Under the pieces are notes generated by a model. It searched no databases. It was not told where the DNA came from and worked only from the letters and a program-made list of their open reading frames with translations. Made by a program: the position numbers and the translations under genes. Of a stretch of 64,000 nucleotides of DNA, positions 27,030 to 36,372 are shown piece after piece (the stretch's first letter is position 1; each line of letters begins with the position of its first letter). Location: positions 124,001 to 188,000 of the IMG/VR virus record IMGVR_UViG_3300050132_000038. One strand, written 5' to 3'.

Positions 27030-28547
27030 ATGGCAAAGCAGCAAGGTACAGATTTCGATAGCGTGAAGACGAACAATCGTCAAGACAAGCAAAGCGTACT
27101 CGATAAGGTTACGCTTCTGAAATTTCCAGACGGTGACAAGTGGACAACTATTCGCCCAGCAGGTGGACTGTTTAGCTACGTGACGTACTGGTGCAAGATC
27201 GATGCAAAGGATATGAGTCCTAAGGCAAAGCGATTCCCGGTTATCAGTCCGTCATGGGATCCGAGCACCCAGCAATTCGATTCGACGATTTACGATCCTT
27301 GGCTCGAGCTCGCTAACGGCCAGACATTTGACAAGGACGACAAGGACGCACGTAACAAGCAACTAGTTCAGATTCAGAAAACGTTTTACATCAACGCAAT
27401 CTCCCGCGCTCTACAGAAGAGCGCACCTGCACGTTTGCCAAAGCCTACAGCTGCCGAACGTAAGAGTGGGTTTAAGGAGAAGGATTCAGAAACGTTTACT
27501 CCTTGGGCAGCTGTTGCAATGGGTACTGGTTTGGTTGGGAAGGTCAAGGACCTAATGGGTTTGAACGTAGTAGAGAGTAAGAAGACCGGAGCCTCTAAGG
27601 CATACCCGGTGTCACATGAGAAGTTTGGTTGTGAAATCCGTATCAAGTTTGACAACAGCAAGGCACCTGCTGATAAGTATTCTGTGCAACTCGGACAACG
27701 TGTTGCACTGACCGAAGAAGAACTGGCTAGTCTCAAATGGGACTTGTCAGAACTTGTAACCCCTGTGACGGACGAAGAAGCGAACCGTCGCGACTACGAA
27801 GGATGGGCAAAGAGAATGGGTCTCAAAACTAACAAGAAGCGGAAGCACGAAGTAGAAGAATTCGATGACGAAGATGTTGATAGCGACATTGAAGACGACG
27901 AGGACGACGAAGACGAAGCCCCGAAATCGAAAAAGAAAGCACCGGCTAAGAAGGCACCTGCTAAGGGTAAGAAGAAAATCGTTGAAGAGGATGACGACGA
28001 AGATGAAGAAGAGTTGGATGAAGAAGATGATGATTCGGACTTCGACGATGAAGAAGAAGACGAAGACGATGAACCCGTAAGCAAGAAGAAAGCCCCTGCC
28101 AAGAAAGCACCGGCCAAAGGCAAGAAGAAGCCTGTCGATGATGAAGACGAAGAAGACGAAGACGATTCGGACGATGAAGATGACTCGGACTTCGACGACG
28201 AGGATGAGGAAGACGAGCCAGTAAGCAAGAAGAAGACACCGGCTAAGAAGGCTCCCGCAAAGAAAGCACCGGCCAAAGGCAAGAAGAAAGTCGTAGAAGA
28301 CGACGAGGATGAGGAAGACGACGACCTCGATGATGAAGACGACGAGGATGAAGACGAAGCTCCAAAGTCGAAAAAGAAAGCACCTGCCAAAAAGCCTGTA
28401 GCCAAAGGCAAGAAGAAAGTCGTAGAAGAGGATGACGACGAAGATGAGGAGGACGACTCGGATGACTTCGACGATGAAGAGGATGACGACGAAGATGAAC
28501 CGGCTCCGAAAAAGAAGCCTGTAGCGAAGAAGAAAGCACGTCGGTAA
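27030..28547 (+). CDS. Putative gp32-like ssDNA-binding protein with long repetitive acidic/basic tail
   Basis: Globular ~280 aa N-domain (TIRP, FYINAI, YSVQ); low-complexity tail; adjacent to RecA-like gene. Confidence 0.6.
   Translation: MAKQQGTDFDSVKTNNRQDKQSVLDKVTLLKFPDGDKWTTIRPAGGLFSYVTYWCKIDAKDMSPKAKRFPVISPSWDPSTQQFDSTIYDPWLELANGQTFDKDDKDARNKQLVQIQKTFYINAISRALQKSAPARLPKPTAAERKSGFKEKDSETFTPWAAVAMGTGLVGKVKDLMGLNVVESKKTGASKAYPVSHEKFGCEIRIKFDNSKAPADKYSVQLGQRVALTEEELASLKWDLSELVTPVTDEEANRRDYEGWAKRMGLKTNKKRKHEVEEFDDEDVDSDIEDDEDDEDEAPKSKKKAPAKKAPAKGKKKIVEEDDDEDEEELDEEDDDSDFDDEEEDEDDEPVSKKKAPAKKAPAKGKKKPVDDEDEEDEDDSDDEDDSDFDDEDEEDEPVSKKKTPAKKAPAKKAPAKGKKKVVEDDEDEEDDDLDDEDDEDEDEAPKSKKKAPAKKPVAKGKKKVVEEDDDEDEEDDSDDFDDEEDDDEDEPAPKKKPVAKKKARR
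27915..28544 (+). repeat. Four full and one partial ~47-aa coding tandem repeats
   Basis: Unit of (EAPKS/EPVS)KKKAPAKKAPAKGKKK plus a D/E tract. Confidence 0.9.
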
Positions 28548-28572
28548 TACCTAACGTTGTATAGTTGAGCCC

Positions 28573-28610
28573 GAGACCCGACCTTGGTTATGCCTCGGTC
28601 GGGTTTTCTC
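28573..28610 (+). terminator. Terminator-like hairpin
   Basis: GAGACCCGACC/GGTCGGGTTTT stem. Confidence 0.7.
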
Positions 28611-28641
28611 ACTTGTGTTCTCACATTTAGGTATATAGACA

Positions 28642-30219
28642 ATGGCAACAAAGAAACCAATTAAAAAGCCTGTAGCAGCGAAGAAAGCTCCGGCGAAGAA
28701 AGCAATGGAAGTCACTATCAAGGAAGCTCCTCTTAGGAAGACTAAGGGTAGAGCTAAGCCTGTAGCTGACGACGTAGAGGAAGCTATCGAAGAAGCAGTG
28801 GGTACCAAGCGTAAGGGTAAAGCAGGACTCGACACTACCAAGTTTGACGTTAAATCCCTATACGCTTCTACAGTAGATGAAGTTGCACGTAAGCAGGACT
28901 TCGATAGTGACCTGCTGGAAGACACACCACCCATGAGCACCGGCATTCTAATGCTTGACCTTATCGAAGGTGGCGGTATTCGACCGGCATGGTACACGCA
29001 CTTTGGGCCGGAGCAATCGTGTAAGACCACAGGTGCTCTCACCATTATGGCGGCGGCTATCCAGGCTGAGGTGCCTATCATCGCCCTCGCCGATTATGAA
29101 GGTAGTACCCGCAACAGTCGTCCGTATGTAGGTAACATTCTCAAGACGTCTGGCCTAAAGGTTTCTATCAAGGACGTGTTCGGTAAGAAAGATCCTAATA
29201 CGGGTAAGTGGCTGATTGAGCCCCTGGTTCGCTATCGTTCAGAGACTCTCGGTGAGAAGTTCTTCGACTACATGGCTGACCTGCTGCGTAAGCTACCGGA
29301 TAAGAAGTTCATTGCGGGTAAGTGGTGGCTTGTGTTCGACGATGATAAGGCCAACAAAGCAAAGCTTGGCGATCACATTGTACCCTCGATGGCAAAGAAG
29401 TACGGTAAAGGTTTGTGGGTCGAAGCTCCGGACGGTAACTTGCAAGCACTGGTATTGGTAGACTCGTACCCGGCAATGAACCCTACGGCTAACGACGATG
29501 ACGATGCTAACAACAGCTTGGCATTGCAGGCACGTATGTTTAGTAAGCACCTGCCACGTGTTAAGGGTCGTATGGCTGCGAAGATGGTTGCCGTTATCGG
29601 TATCAATCAATTACGTGCTGTTCCTATGGCTATGTACGGTCCGAAGGAAACCGAACCAGGTGGTGTAGCTCTCAAGTTCAACTCTGACGTTCGTATTCAG
29701 TGGACACCGATTGGCTCTAACCTTCCGTTTATTCCGAAGTTCGATGCTGACGATCGCTTAGAGCATGAGCTCTCTGTAACTGGTAGTGGTAAGGATCGCT
29801 ATCGTTACATACGAATGAAGGCGATTAAGAACAAACTATGGACACCTGGTCGTAAGGGCTTTGTTCGTCTTTGGGTTGAAGACGGTACCGGCGAGGCTCG
29901 TGGTTTCGATCCCTTCTTCGACACGGTGATGTACCTGAAAGAAACAGGGCAGCTTAAAGGGAGCTCCTCGCGTAAGCCATTCCAACTGGATCTCGATGGT
30001 TTCGGTAAGGCCAAGAAGCCTGTTAGCTGGATGACACTAAAGCAGTGGGTGTTGGGTACGAAGGAAGAGAAGGTTAAGATTTGTACCACCCTTGGCTACA
30101 AACCCCTGGACTTGCGTAAGTACTGCTTCAAGCAAATGTCCACAGGTAAGGCAGAGGAATTGTTTGTTGCACTACGTGGTAGTAACACTAAGATTGCTGA
30201 CGACGAAGGCGACGAGTAA
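28642..30219 (+). CDS. recA: RecA/UvsX-like recombinase
   Basis: Walker A GPEQSCKTT; Walker B VLVDS; NQLR; PGGVALKF; K-rich N-terminal extension. Confidence 0.85.
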   Translation: MATKKPIKKPVAAKKAPAKKAMEVTIKEAPLRKTKGRAKPVADDVEEAIEEAVGTKRKGKAGLDTTKFDVKSLYASTVDEVARKQDFDSDLLEDTPPMSTGILMLDLIEGGGIRPAWYTHFGPEQSCKTTGALTIMAAAIQAEVPIIALADYEGSTRNSRPYVGNILKTSGLKVSIKDVFGKKDPNTGKWLIEPLVRYRSETLGEKFFDYMADLLRKLPDKKFIAGKWWLVFDDDKANKAKLGDHIVPSMAKKYGKGLWVEAPDGNLQALVLVDSYPAMNPTANDDDDANNSLALQARMFSKHLPRVKGRMAAKMVAVIGINQLRAVPMAMYGPKETEPGGVALKFNSDVRIQWTPIGSNLPFIPKFDADDRLEHELSVTGSGKDRYRYIRMKAIKNKLWTPGRKGFVRLWVEDGTGEARGFDPFFDTVMYLKETGQLKGSSSRKPFQLDLDGFGKAKKPVSWMTLKQWVLGTKEEKVKICTTLGYKPLDLRKYCFKQMSTGKAEELFVALRGSNTKIADDEGDE

Positions 30220-30465
30220 GCTGTAGTTCCCTAGCAGTACTGATAGCGACAATGAGCAGGCCAGCAACATTGAGAAATTAGTAGTTCTGATACCCACAGA
30301 GGTTCCTCCACTGGACTTCTGATCTTCTCTCTGCTTGACCCAGGGTTCCCTAGGAATCCCCCTCATATACTGCGAACCTCAGGCGTACCTGAGCACGCAC
30401 TGTCCAGATTCATTATCCCCAGCACCACTGAGACTTGATCTCCACCCTACTCTAAGGAGCAATCC

Positions 30466-30744
30466 ATGGACCTCAAAGGCCGAAAGCTAGTAGCAGTTGA
30501 TCCCGCACGTTACTATCAATACGCAGAGAACCTAATCACGATGGAGCTTCTTACTGGGCCTATCCGCACAATAGGTCCCTCTGCGTATTGGATGCGCGTA
30601 CTGCATGTAGATAAGAATACTCTCACATATGACTCATTCATTCAGAAGAAGGGCGGTGTTATAAAGCAGCTTTCCTCCAATCGAGTTCGTGAGCTTTCTG
30701 AGGTTCTTAGCTCTATTGCCTGCGGGCATCTTACCGTTGAATAA
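30466..30744 (+). CDS. Hypothetical protein
   Basis: TAAGGAG RBS. Confidence 0.65.
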   Translation: MDLKGRKLVAVDPARYYQYAENLITMELLTGPIRTIGPSAYWMRVLHVDKNTLTYDSFIQKKGGVIKQLSSNRVRELSEVLSSIACGHLTVE

Positions 30745-30745
30745 T

Positions 30746-31393
30746 ATGGAAAAAGAATCACTACTCCTAACCGATATTAAGAAAGAGGAGGAGGCTGATG
30801 ACTTGATGGCCTCCCTCACTAATATAGCGTATGCAACACCAAAAGAATTCCAACCAGAGGTTCAGCAACCCTCAGGCAAGCACAGGTCTCGCTTCTTCTA
30901 CAAGCCTACTCGTTCCTTCACCACTTCTATAGAGCAGAGTAAGAAGTCTCAAGAGCGTGATGACTCAGCAGTCACTGTTCTGGATAAGGAAGTAGAGGCA
31001 CGACGAAAGACCTACTCCAAGGAACTACCTAAAGCCCTGCAGTCTAACATTGCTCAGGTTCGTGAGTTCTTTCTCAAGGAGATTGCCCCACTCACACTAG
31101 CGGCCCAGGCAGGCACAGCACAAGCGCGAGAGGTAGCCCAGCGTGTACTAAGCACCGAGATTGATAACACTGGGTTCTTACAATTTGAACGTATGGTGAG
31201 CCGGGCATCCACTATTAAGATGGCTCGGTTCATTGCTGCTTACCTAAAGCTCCCAGTACGCACAGTAGAAGAGCTACTGGAAATAGTCAAACCGCAGGTC
31301 CCCAAAGAAATGATACTAGTGAACAACGACCCACTAAATGAGCGTAGGATACCCAAGGCCAAGGAAAAGCCAGAAACACCCCTAGGAGATTGA
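30746..31393 (+). CDS. Hypothetical protein
   Basis: Start set at ATG 30746, right after the previous stop. Confidence 0.6.
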   Translation: MEKESLLLTDIKKEEEADDLMASLTNIAYATPKEFQPEVQQPSGKHRSRFFYKPTRSFTTSIEQSKKSQERDDSAVTVLDKEVEARRKTYSKELPKALQSNIAQVREFFLKEIAPLTLAAQAGTAQAREVAQRVLSTEIDNTGFLQFERMVSRASTIKMARFIAAYLKLPVRTVEELLEIVKPQVPKEMILVNNDPLNERRIPKAKEKPETPLGD

Positions 31394-31424
31394 CCTAGGG
31401 GTAGTACGTAGTAGAGGGTGTACC

Positions 31425-33662
31425 ATGAAAGCTGTAAACTATGATAAGGTAAATGATGCTACTTCTAGACTTGAGCGGATTAAGGCAGACTCCTTGTTCC
31501 CCGGACTCCTTAGTGATCGCCAACTAGATGAGATTCAGCAGCGTAGGGTTAAGAAAGAAGCAATCAAGCGGAAGAAGACTGGCGTAAAGACAAAAGTAAA
31601 AGACGTTACGCCAAACGAGTATATAGTCAAAGGTGGCGGAGTCGATGATAACGGTATCATCGTAGACGACTTCAATATTGTTCAATACATGAATGATGCA
31701 GAAGACCCAGCTACAGGTACACTCCGTGACTTCAACGTAGACACGCGTGATCTACACCACGCTAAGAACTTCTACGACTTCACAATGAACATTCTAGCCC
31801 CAGATGCTCCTAAGTACAGCATCCCGTGGGCACGGCAGATGTGGATCGGTATCATGCTATTCGCTGAGGCATGTCCTTGCTGCTCGGACAAACGAGTGTT
31901 CGACGTTCATAACATCCCCAAGAATTTAGAACCTGACCGTATGCTTAAGCGTATGGTGCTTCTTGAGTACGGCATATGCCCCAAGTGTGGTCGGCACAAA
32001 TGGGAGCTTATTAAGAAGCACGGGCTGCGGAACTACCGCCAGCTAGTGAACGTGTTGGGTCAGCGAAGCGGAAAATCAAGTAGTGCTGCTCAGTACTACG
32101 CATACCTAACCCACCAGTACTTGATGTTCCCTAACATAGCGGAACTCGCACCGTCTATGTTCCAGGCGTCAACGCAGTTGACATGTACTATGGTGAGTCT
32201 AAACTTCGCTAAAGCGTTAGGCGTCATGTGGGTACCGTACAAGAAGCTAATAGAGAACTCTAGTTGGTTTGGGCAGTATTTCCAAATTCTTGATCGTGGT
32301 AAGGAGCGTACTGGGCACGAGATGTACCGTAATAGCTCGCAGTACATAACGTTCTACCACAAGAACATTAAGTTCTACCCTTCTGGTCCTAATAGCACCA
32401 CTTTGCGGGGCGACACGCGGATCGGAGCCGGTCTCGACGAGCTCGGCCTCTTCCCGCTCCCAAAAGGTAATGACGAGGAAGACGAGCAGAGTGAACGGGC
32501 TAACGCAGACGAAGCACACAAGTCATTGATGAACTCGTTACTCACTGCACAGACGATTAACACTAAGCTATTGAAGGACGGGTATTCCTCAGCACCGTCC
32601 CCTCTCCTGCTTTGCGTATCTTCCCCTATTAGCCAACGAGATAAGGTGATGCGGCTTTTGAAGGAGTCGAAGACAGAGATTGGCTCGCAGTTCATTCTAG
32701 GCGTTAATCTCCCTACCTGGGAAATGAACCCAGGTATGGATCGTGACTTCCCCGAAATTGTGATGGCCTACGCCTCCAATCCCGAGAAGGCAGAGCGAGA
32801 CTTTGGCGCTAACCCTCCATCTGTTCACTCACGATTCATCTATCCTAAGACTATTGAGGAGGGTGTGTTCATTAATGGGCAGAACTCACATACGCTTACT
32901 CACCAGTTCGATAAGCCAGGTGAGATCTATGGCAAGCTAGATAAGTTCCGTAACTTTAGGTATCCTGCATTGGTTACTATTGATGCAGGTGCAGTTGATA
33001 ACTCCTTTACCTTGATTGGCGGTCATTACGACTTCGACAATGCAAAGACGGTTATCACCACGGTACTAGAATGTGTACCCCAGGAAGACCGTAGGGTAAA
33101 CTTCAATATGATGTATCTGCATATCATACTCCCGATACTACGGGATCTTAATGCAGTAGCTCTGCTAGCTGACCAGTGGCAGTCATTAGATCTATTGAAT
33201 AGGGCTCAGGATGACATGGGATTAAACCCATTGGGTAAACCTCGATGCAGAGCACGTCAATACAGCCCACGTCGTAAGGACTTCAACACCACAGTAGCAA
33301 TGCTACAGAACAAGAACTTGATACTACCTTCCGTTACTAAGCAGGAGCAGGAATTTGTTCTCAGCGGTCAGGTGGATAACTACAAGGTGGACATGCTGAA
33401 TAAACCTGTACCCCACTTGATGCTACAGATGGTTACTGTTAAAGACGTTGGAGAACTTCGTTGTCCTGAGAAAGGTGACGGATTCACCGATGACATCTTT
33501 AGGGCATGTGTACTGTTTGCCTCTAAAATCCACGACGCCCGTATAATGGAACGCTTGGTGGAGGCAAAGCACTGGACTTACGGTGAAGCTAACCAGGCGA
33601 TCATGCCAGCACCTGTCTATGTGTCTCGCGGCGGCCGCGGGGCTTTCCAAGGTCTTCGTTGA
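31425..33662 (+). CDS. terL: Terminase large subunit
   Basis: Walker A GQRSGKSS; Walker B GLDE; CVSSP; nuclease TIDAG...DDIFRA. Confidence 0.85.
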   Translation: MKAVNYDKVNDATSRLERIKADSLFPGLLSDRQLDEIQQRRVKKEAIKRKKTGVKTKVKDVTPNEYIVKGGGVDDNGIIVDDFNIVQYMNDAEDPATGTLRDFNVDTRDLHHAKNFYDFTMNILAPDAPKYSIPWARQMWIGIMLFAEACPCCSDKRVFDVHNIPKNLEPDRMLKRMVLLEYGICPKCGRHKWELIKKHGLRNYRQLVNVLGQRSGKSSSAAQYYAYLTHQYLMFPNIAELAPSMFQASTQLTCTMVSLNFAKALGVMWVPYKKLIENSSWFGQYFQILDRGKERTGHEMYRNSSQYITFYHKNIKFYPSGPNSTTLRGDTRIGAGLDELGLFPLPKGNDEEDEQSERANADEAHKSLMNSLLTAQTINTKLLKDGYSSAPSPLLLCVSSPISQRDKVMRLLKESKTEIGSQFILGVNLPTWEMNPGMDRDFPEIVMAYASNPEKAERDFGANPPSVHSRFIYPKTIEEGVFINGQNSHTLTHQFDKPGEIYGKLDKFRNFRYPALVTIDAGAVDNSFTLIGGHYDFDNAKTVITTVLECVPQEDRRVNFNMMYLHIILPILRDLNAVALLADQWQSLDLLNRAQDDMGLNPLGKPRCRARQYSPRRKDFNTTVAMLQNKNLILPSVTKQEQEFVLSGQVDNYKVDMLNKPVPHLMLQMVTVKDVGELRCPEKGDGFTDDIFRACVLFASKIHDARIMERLVEAKHWTYGEANQAIMPAPVYVSRGGRGAFQGLR

Positions 33663-33700
33663 GTAGCAATTTCATACTATATAGAAGTATGGAGCTATAG

Positions 33701-34315
33701 ATGGCTAAGAAGAAGGGTAAAGAAAAGAAGGCTAACGCGGAATACGAGTTGAAGCCTGTACAGTTTAAATCGGGTACCCGGTGTATAGTAGGCTTCGATC
33801 CAGGGTCTCGCAATATGGGAGTGGCGTGCGTAGCAGTTAATGAGGAGATGCAGGTCAAGGTAGTGGCGAACTCGATCATCACTAATCCAGTTAACGATCT
33901 GGTAGCCTTTACCTCTTCCAGTGAAAAGTTTATGGCTGAGGTAGATCGCTGGACTTCCTGTTACTCGCCGCACGCTCTTATAGCAGAACGATTCCAGACC
34001 AGGGGAAATTCCGGCCCGCTGATTGAGTACTGCTCAGCTATGCTGGCGCTAATTCGGGGTATAAATAGAACGATACCCTTCAAGGCTATTACAGCTGCTA
34101 CCTGGAAGAACGCTTGGCACCGACGCTTCGAGCCCTTGCAGCTAGACGATATGTACAAGTTGACTCTGACTACCCCGCACCAGCTAGACGCTATCTTCAT
34201 TGGGATCTTTGGGCTAGAGCAGGGTCTACAGGTTGAGCTAGATTACGACCCATTCGATATTGTTAAGCAAGCAGAAGCAAGCTCTGCTGTGCGATTAATA
34301 AACAAGCGGAGATGA
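33701..34315 (+). CDS. ruvC: RuvC-like Holliday junction resolvase
   Basis: VGFDPGSRNMG; IAERFQ; HQLDA. Confidence 0.75.
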   Translation: MAKKKGKEKKANAEYELKPVQFKSGTRCIVGFDPGSRNMGVACVAVNEEMQVKVVANSIITNPVNDLVAFTSSSEKFMAEVDRWTSCYSPHALIAERFQTRGNSGPLIEYCSAMLALIRGINRTIPFKAITAATWKNAWHRRFEPLQLDDMYKLTLTTPHQLDAIFIGIFGLEQGLQVELDYDPFDIVKQAEASSAVRLINKRR

Positions 34316-34587
34316 ACATGAGTATTACCTCAATGCTGCAAAAGAGCCTAGGCGCACAACTACTACTTGATCCTGGTAAGGCCGCTAGAGTTGGCGATCG
34401 TATGGCAACTGAGGTTCACTGTCGGTGCGAAGTCGAGGCGGGCGCGTCCGACAACGAAATAGTAAAGCAGTTAACTCTGGCCGCGAAGCGGGCGCACAAA
34501 GGCCGCATCGTAACGTTCCGCGGAGTCGAGCTATACAATGTTGATGGTGGCAAGAAGATCGCAGTCGCCTGTGTTGGATTTATTTAA
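34312..34587 (+). CDS. Hypothetical protein
   Basis: Coupled to the RuvC-like gene. Confidence 0.55.
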   Translation: MNMSITSMLQKSLGAQLLLDPGKAARVGDRMATEVHCRCEVEAGASDNEIVKQLTLAAKRAHKGRIVTFRGVELYNVDGGKKIAVACVGFI

Positions 34588-34596
34588 GGAGCACAC

Positions 34597-34854
34597 ATGA
34601 TTAAGATCCCTAAAGCATTTATGGATGCTCCGGCCACTAAGACCGAGGCTAAGAAAAAGCAGGAAGCTACTAAACAAGTACAGGCTAAGACGGAAGTGAA
34701 GTCCCGTGTTGATATGAGCGCAGAGGTAGCCGGTGCTGGCCTGTGTCCTGACTGCCGCAAGCCTATGATCCCTTCGCATGCTAACGGCCACAAGGTAGTA
34801 ATCTGCCAACCGTGCCGAATCGTTATTCCGGTTAAGGACGAGGAGGTTGTGTGA
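34597..34854 (+). CDS. Zinc-ribbon protein
   Basis: CPDC...CQPC; TAAGGAG RBS. Confidence 0.65.
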   Translation: MIKIPKAFMDAPATKTEAKKKQEATKQVQAKTEVKSRVDMSAEVAGAGLCPDCRKPMIPSHANGHKVVICQPCRIVIPVKDEEVV

Positions 34855-35657
34855 AGGCCCAGATGAAGAAAACAAACAAGCCCCATGCTCCCAAGGGTGG
34901 GGTAAAGAAAGACCTTAGGGTAACTGTGAAACCGAAGACACAGACTCAGAGCATGGAGTTTACGATCTCCGAGGATCGAAAGAAAAGTGTAGTTAAAACT
35001 CCTAAGCTTAAGTCTATAGAAGAACCTATCAAAAAGAAAAAGAAGAAGCCAATCGTAGTCGATGAACTCGATGACGTTGAAGACTATAGTGAGCCAAGCA
35101 CCGCACTAGTCCCGGTATCCGTTACTCTGCCTAAAGCTCCGCTAGACCTAAAGAATATCTCGAAGCTAAAGACCAAGGGCATGCGGTCGATCATTGGGGA
35201 TTCGGCTGAGGACATTCAACAGCTACTTGAAGTCGGGGATAATGATAACGCTACTGCTCTGATGTTAAAGCGTATGCTACAAGCCTTAGTAGACTTGGTC
35301 CCCTACGCAGAGCATAACGTCCGCAAGAGCAAGGGTCAGCGTGGTGTGTACCAAATCAACTCATTGATTTCTTCTATTCGTGAGTTAATGATTGATCTCC
35401 AATCCGCACAGGATCGCGGGGCTATCGGAGAGGCTTTGAACGAGAAGGTGTTACGTCCTGCATTCCTAGACGTGGCAATGGAGTTGGTTAAGGAAACCGC
35501 GATGCTGTCTTCAGATGTTAAAGACCTGCTCTCAGTTGAGGACTACAATAATAAGTTTAGACCGTTAGTTCTGGCACAGCGTACTCGTATCGGTCAATTC
35601 GTACAGAAGCGCTACGAGGAGGCAGCCACCGCTACCAAACAATTCATGCAGCGCTAA
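34851..35657 (+). CDS. Hypothetical protein (K-rich N-terminus, helical C-terminus; possible terminase small subunit)
   Basis: Position between terL and portal; helical composition; function is inference only. Confidence 0.5.
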   Translation: MKAQMKKTNKPHAPKGGVKKDLRVTVKPKTQTQSMEFTISEDRKKSVVKTPKLKSIEEPIKKKKKKPIVVDELDDVEDYSEPSTALVPVSVTLPKAPLDLKNISKLKTKGMRSIIGDSAEDIQQLLEVGDNDNATALMLKRMLQALVDLVPYAEHNVRKSKGQRGVYQINSLISSIRELMIDLQSAQDRGAIGEALNEKVLRPAFLDVAMELVKETAMLSSDVKDLLSVEDYNNKFRPLVLAQRTRIGQFVQKRYEEAATATKQFMQR

Positions 35658-35675
35658 CCGCGTGCTGAGGTAACT

Positions 35676-35906
35676 ATGAAAGCGCAACTTATGTTAGACG
35701 AAGATGAAGTATCTATCGAGGATCTTATAGAGAAGTATAAGCTGTCTATAGACTACACTCACAGAGACGGCGAGCTGCTTCCCTTCTGGACAGCTAATCT
35801 AATTAGTCCTCAAGGGGTTACTCTGGCTATAGCGGCAGGTAATACTCTTCGCGATGCCGTTGAGGGTATGGTAGGTATTATAGGCAGTATGGACCTTACC
35901 GTTTAG
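35676..35906 (+). CDS. Hypothetical protein
   Basis: GAGGT RBS. Confidence 0.55.
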   Translation: MKAQLMLDEDEVSIEDLIEKYKLSIDYTHRDGELLPFWTANLISPQGVTLAIAAGNTLRDAVEGMVGIIGSMDLTV

Positions 35907-35919
35907 GAATATAGAACGT

Positions 35920-36372
35920 ATGTTGGCGCATAAATTAAAGACCGCTGTGGAGAAATACTTCCTGAAGAAGCGGATGGCCGTAACCTTCGAGCTAGGGTTA
36001 TGCAGGGGCGGAAGGCTACGCGCTGACGTACTCGCTGTATCCATGAGCCGCAAGATTATCTGTATAGAAACGAAGAGTGGGGTCCAGGATTTTCGTAGAG
36101 ACTCCAAGTGGCCTAAGTACAAGGACTTCTGTGACCAGTTGTACTTTGCTGTTGACCATGAAACATACCTGAAAATTAAATCAGAGATCCCAAAGGGTAT
36201 AGGCATCCTAGTTGTTAAGGAAGTACCTAACCGCACAAGCACTCGCACACTACTAAAGGCGTCCGTAGTGCAGAAAGCCAAGTGGGAACCTATAGATGAT
36301 GAACTTAGAATGGACTTGTTTGTTCGCATGGTGTTCCGCACTGCTGACTCCAATAGATACAGGAAGAATTAA
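35920..36372 (+). CDS. MmcB-like PD-(D/E)XK nuclease
   Basis: RADVLA...IETKS...DFRRDSKW..Y..FCDQLYFAV. Confidence 0.7.
   Translation: MLAHKLKTAVEKYFLKKRMAVTFELGLCRGGRLRADVLAVSMSRKIICIETKSGVQDFRRDSKWPKYKDFCDQLYFAVDHETYLKIKSEIPKGIGILVVKEVPNRTSTRTLLKASVVQKAKWEPIDDELRMDLFVRMVFRTADSNRYRKN

Noticed and set aside
27794-28660. 288-aa poly-Ser ORF on the minus strand
   Set aside because: Antisense shadow of the GAY/GAR-rich acidic repeats of the SSB-like gene
30172-30465. 246-nt gap after recA and a 64-aa minus-strand ORF
   Set aside because: Only a small hairpin, no repeats or RBS support; no function can be defended
31425-33662. Intein in terminase, polymerase or RecA (all longer than usual)
   Set aside because: No C/S...HN-C/S/T splice junctions or LAGLIDADG blocks; extra length comes from terminal extensions and a small Cys-rich insert
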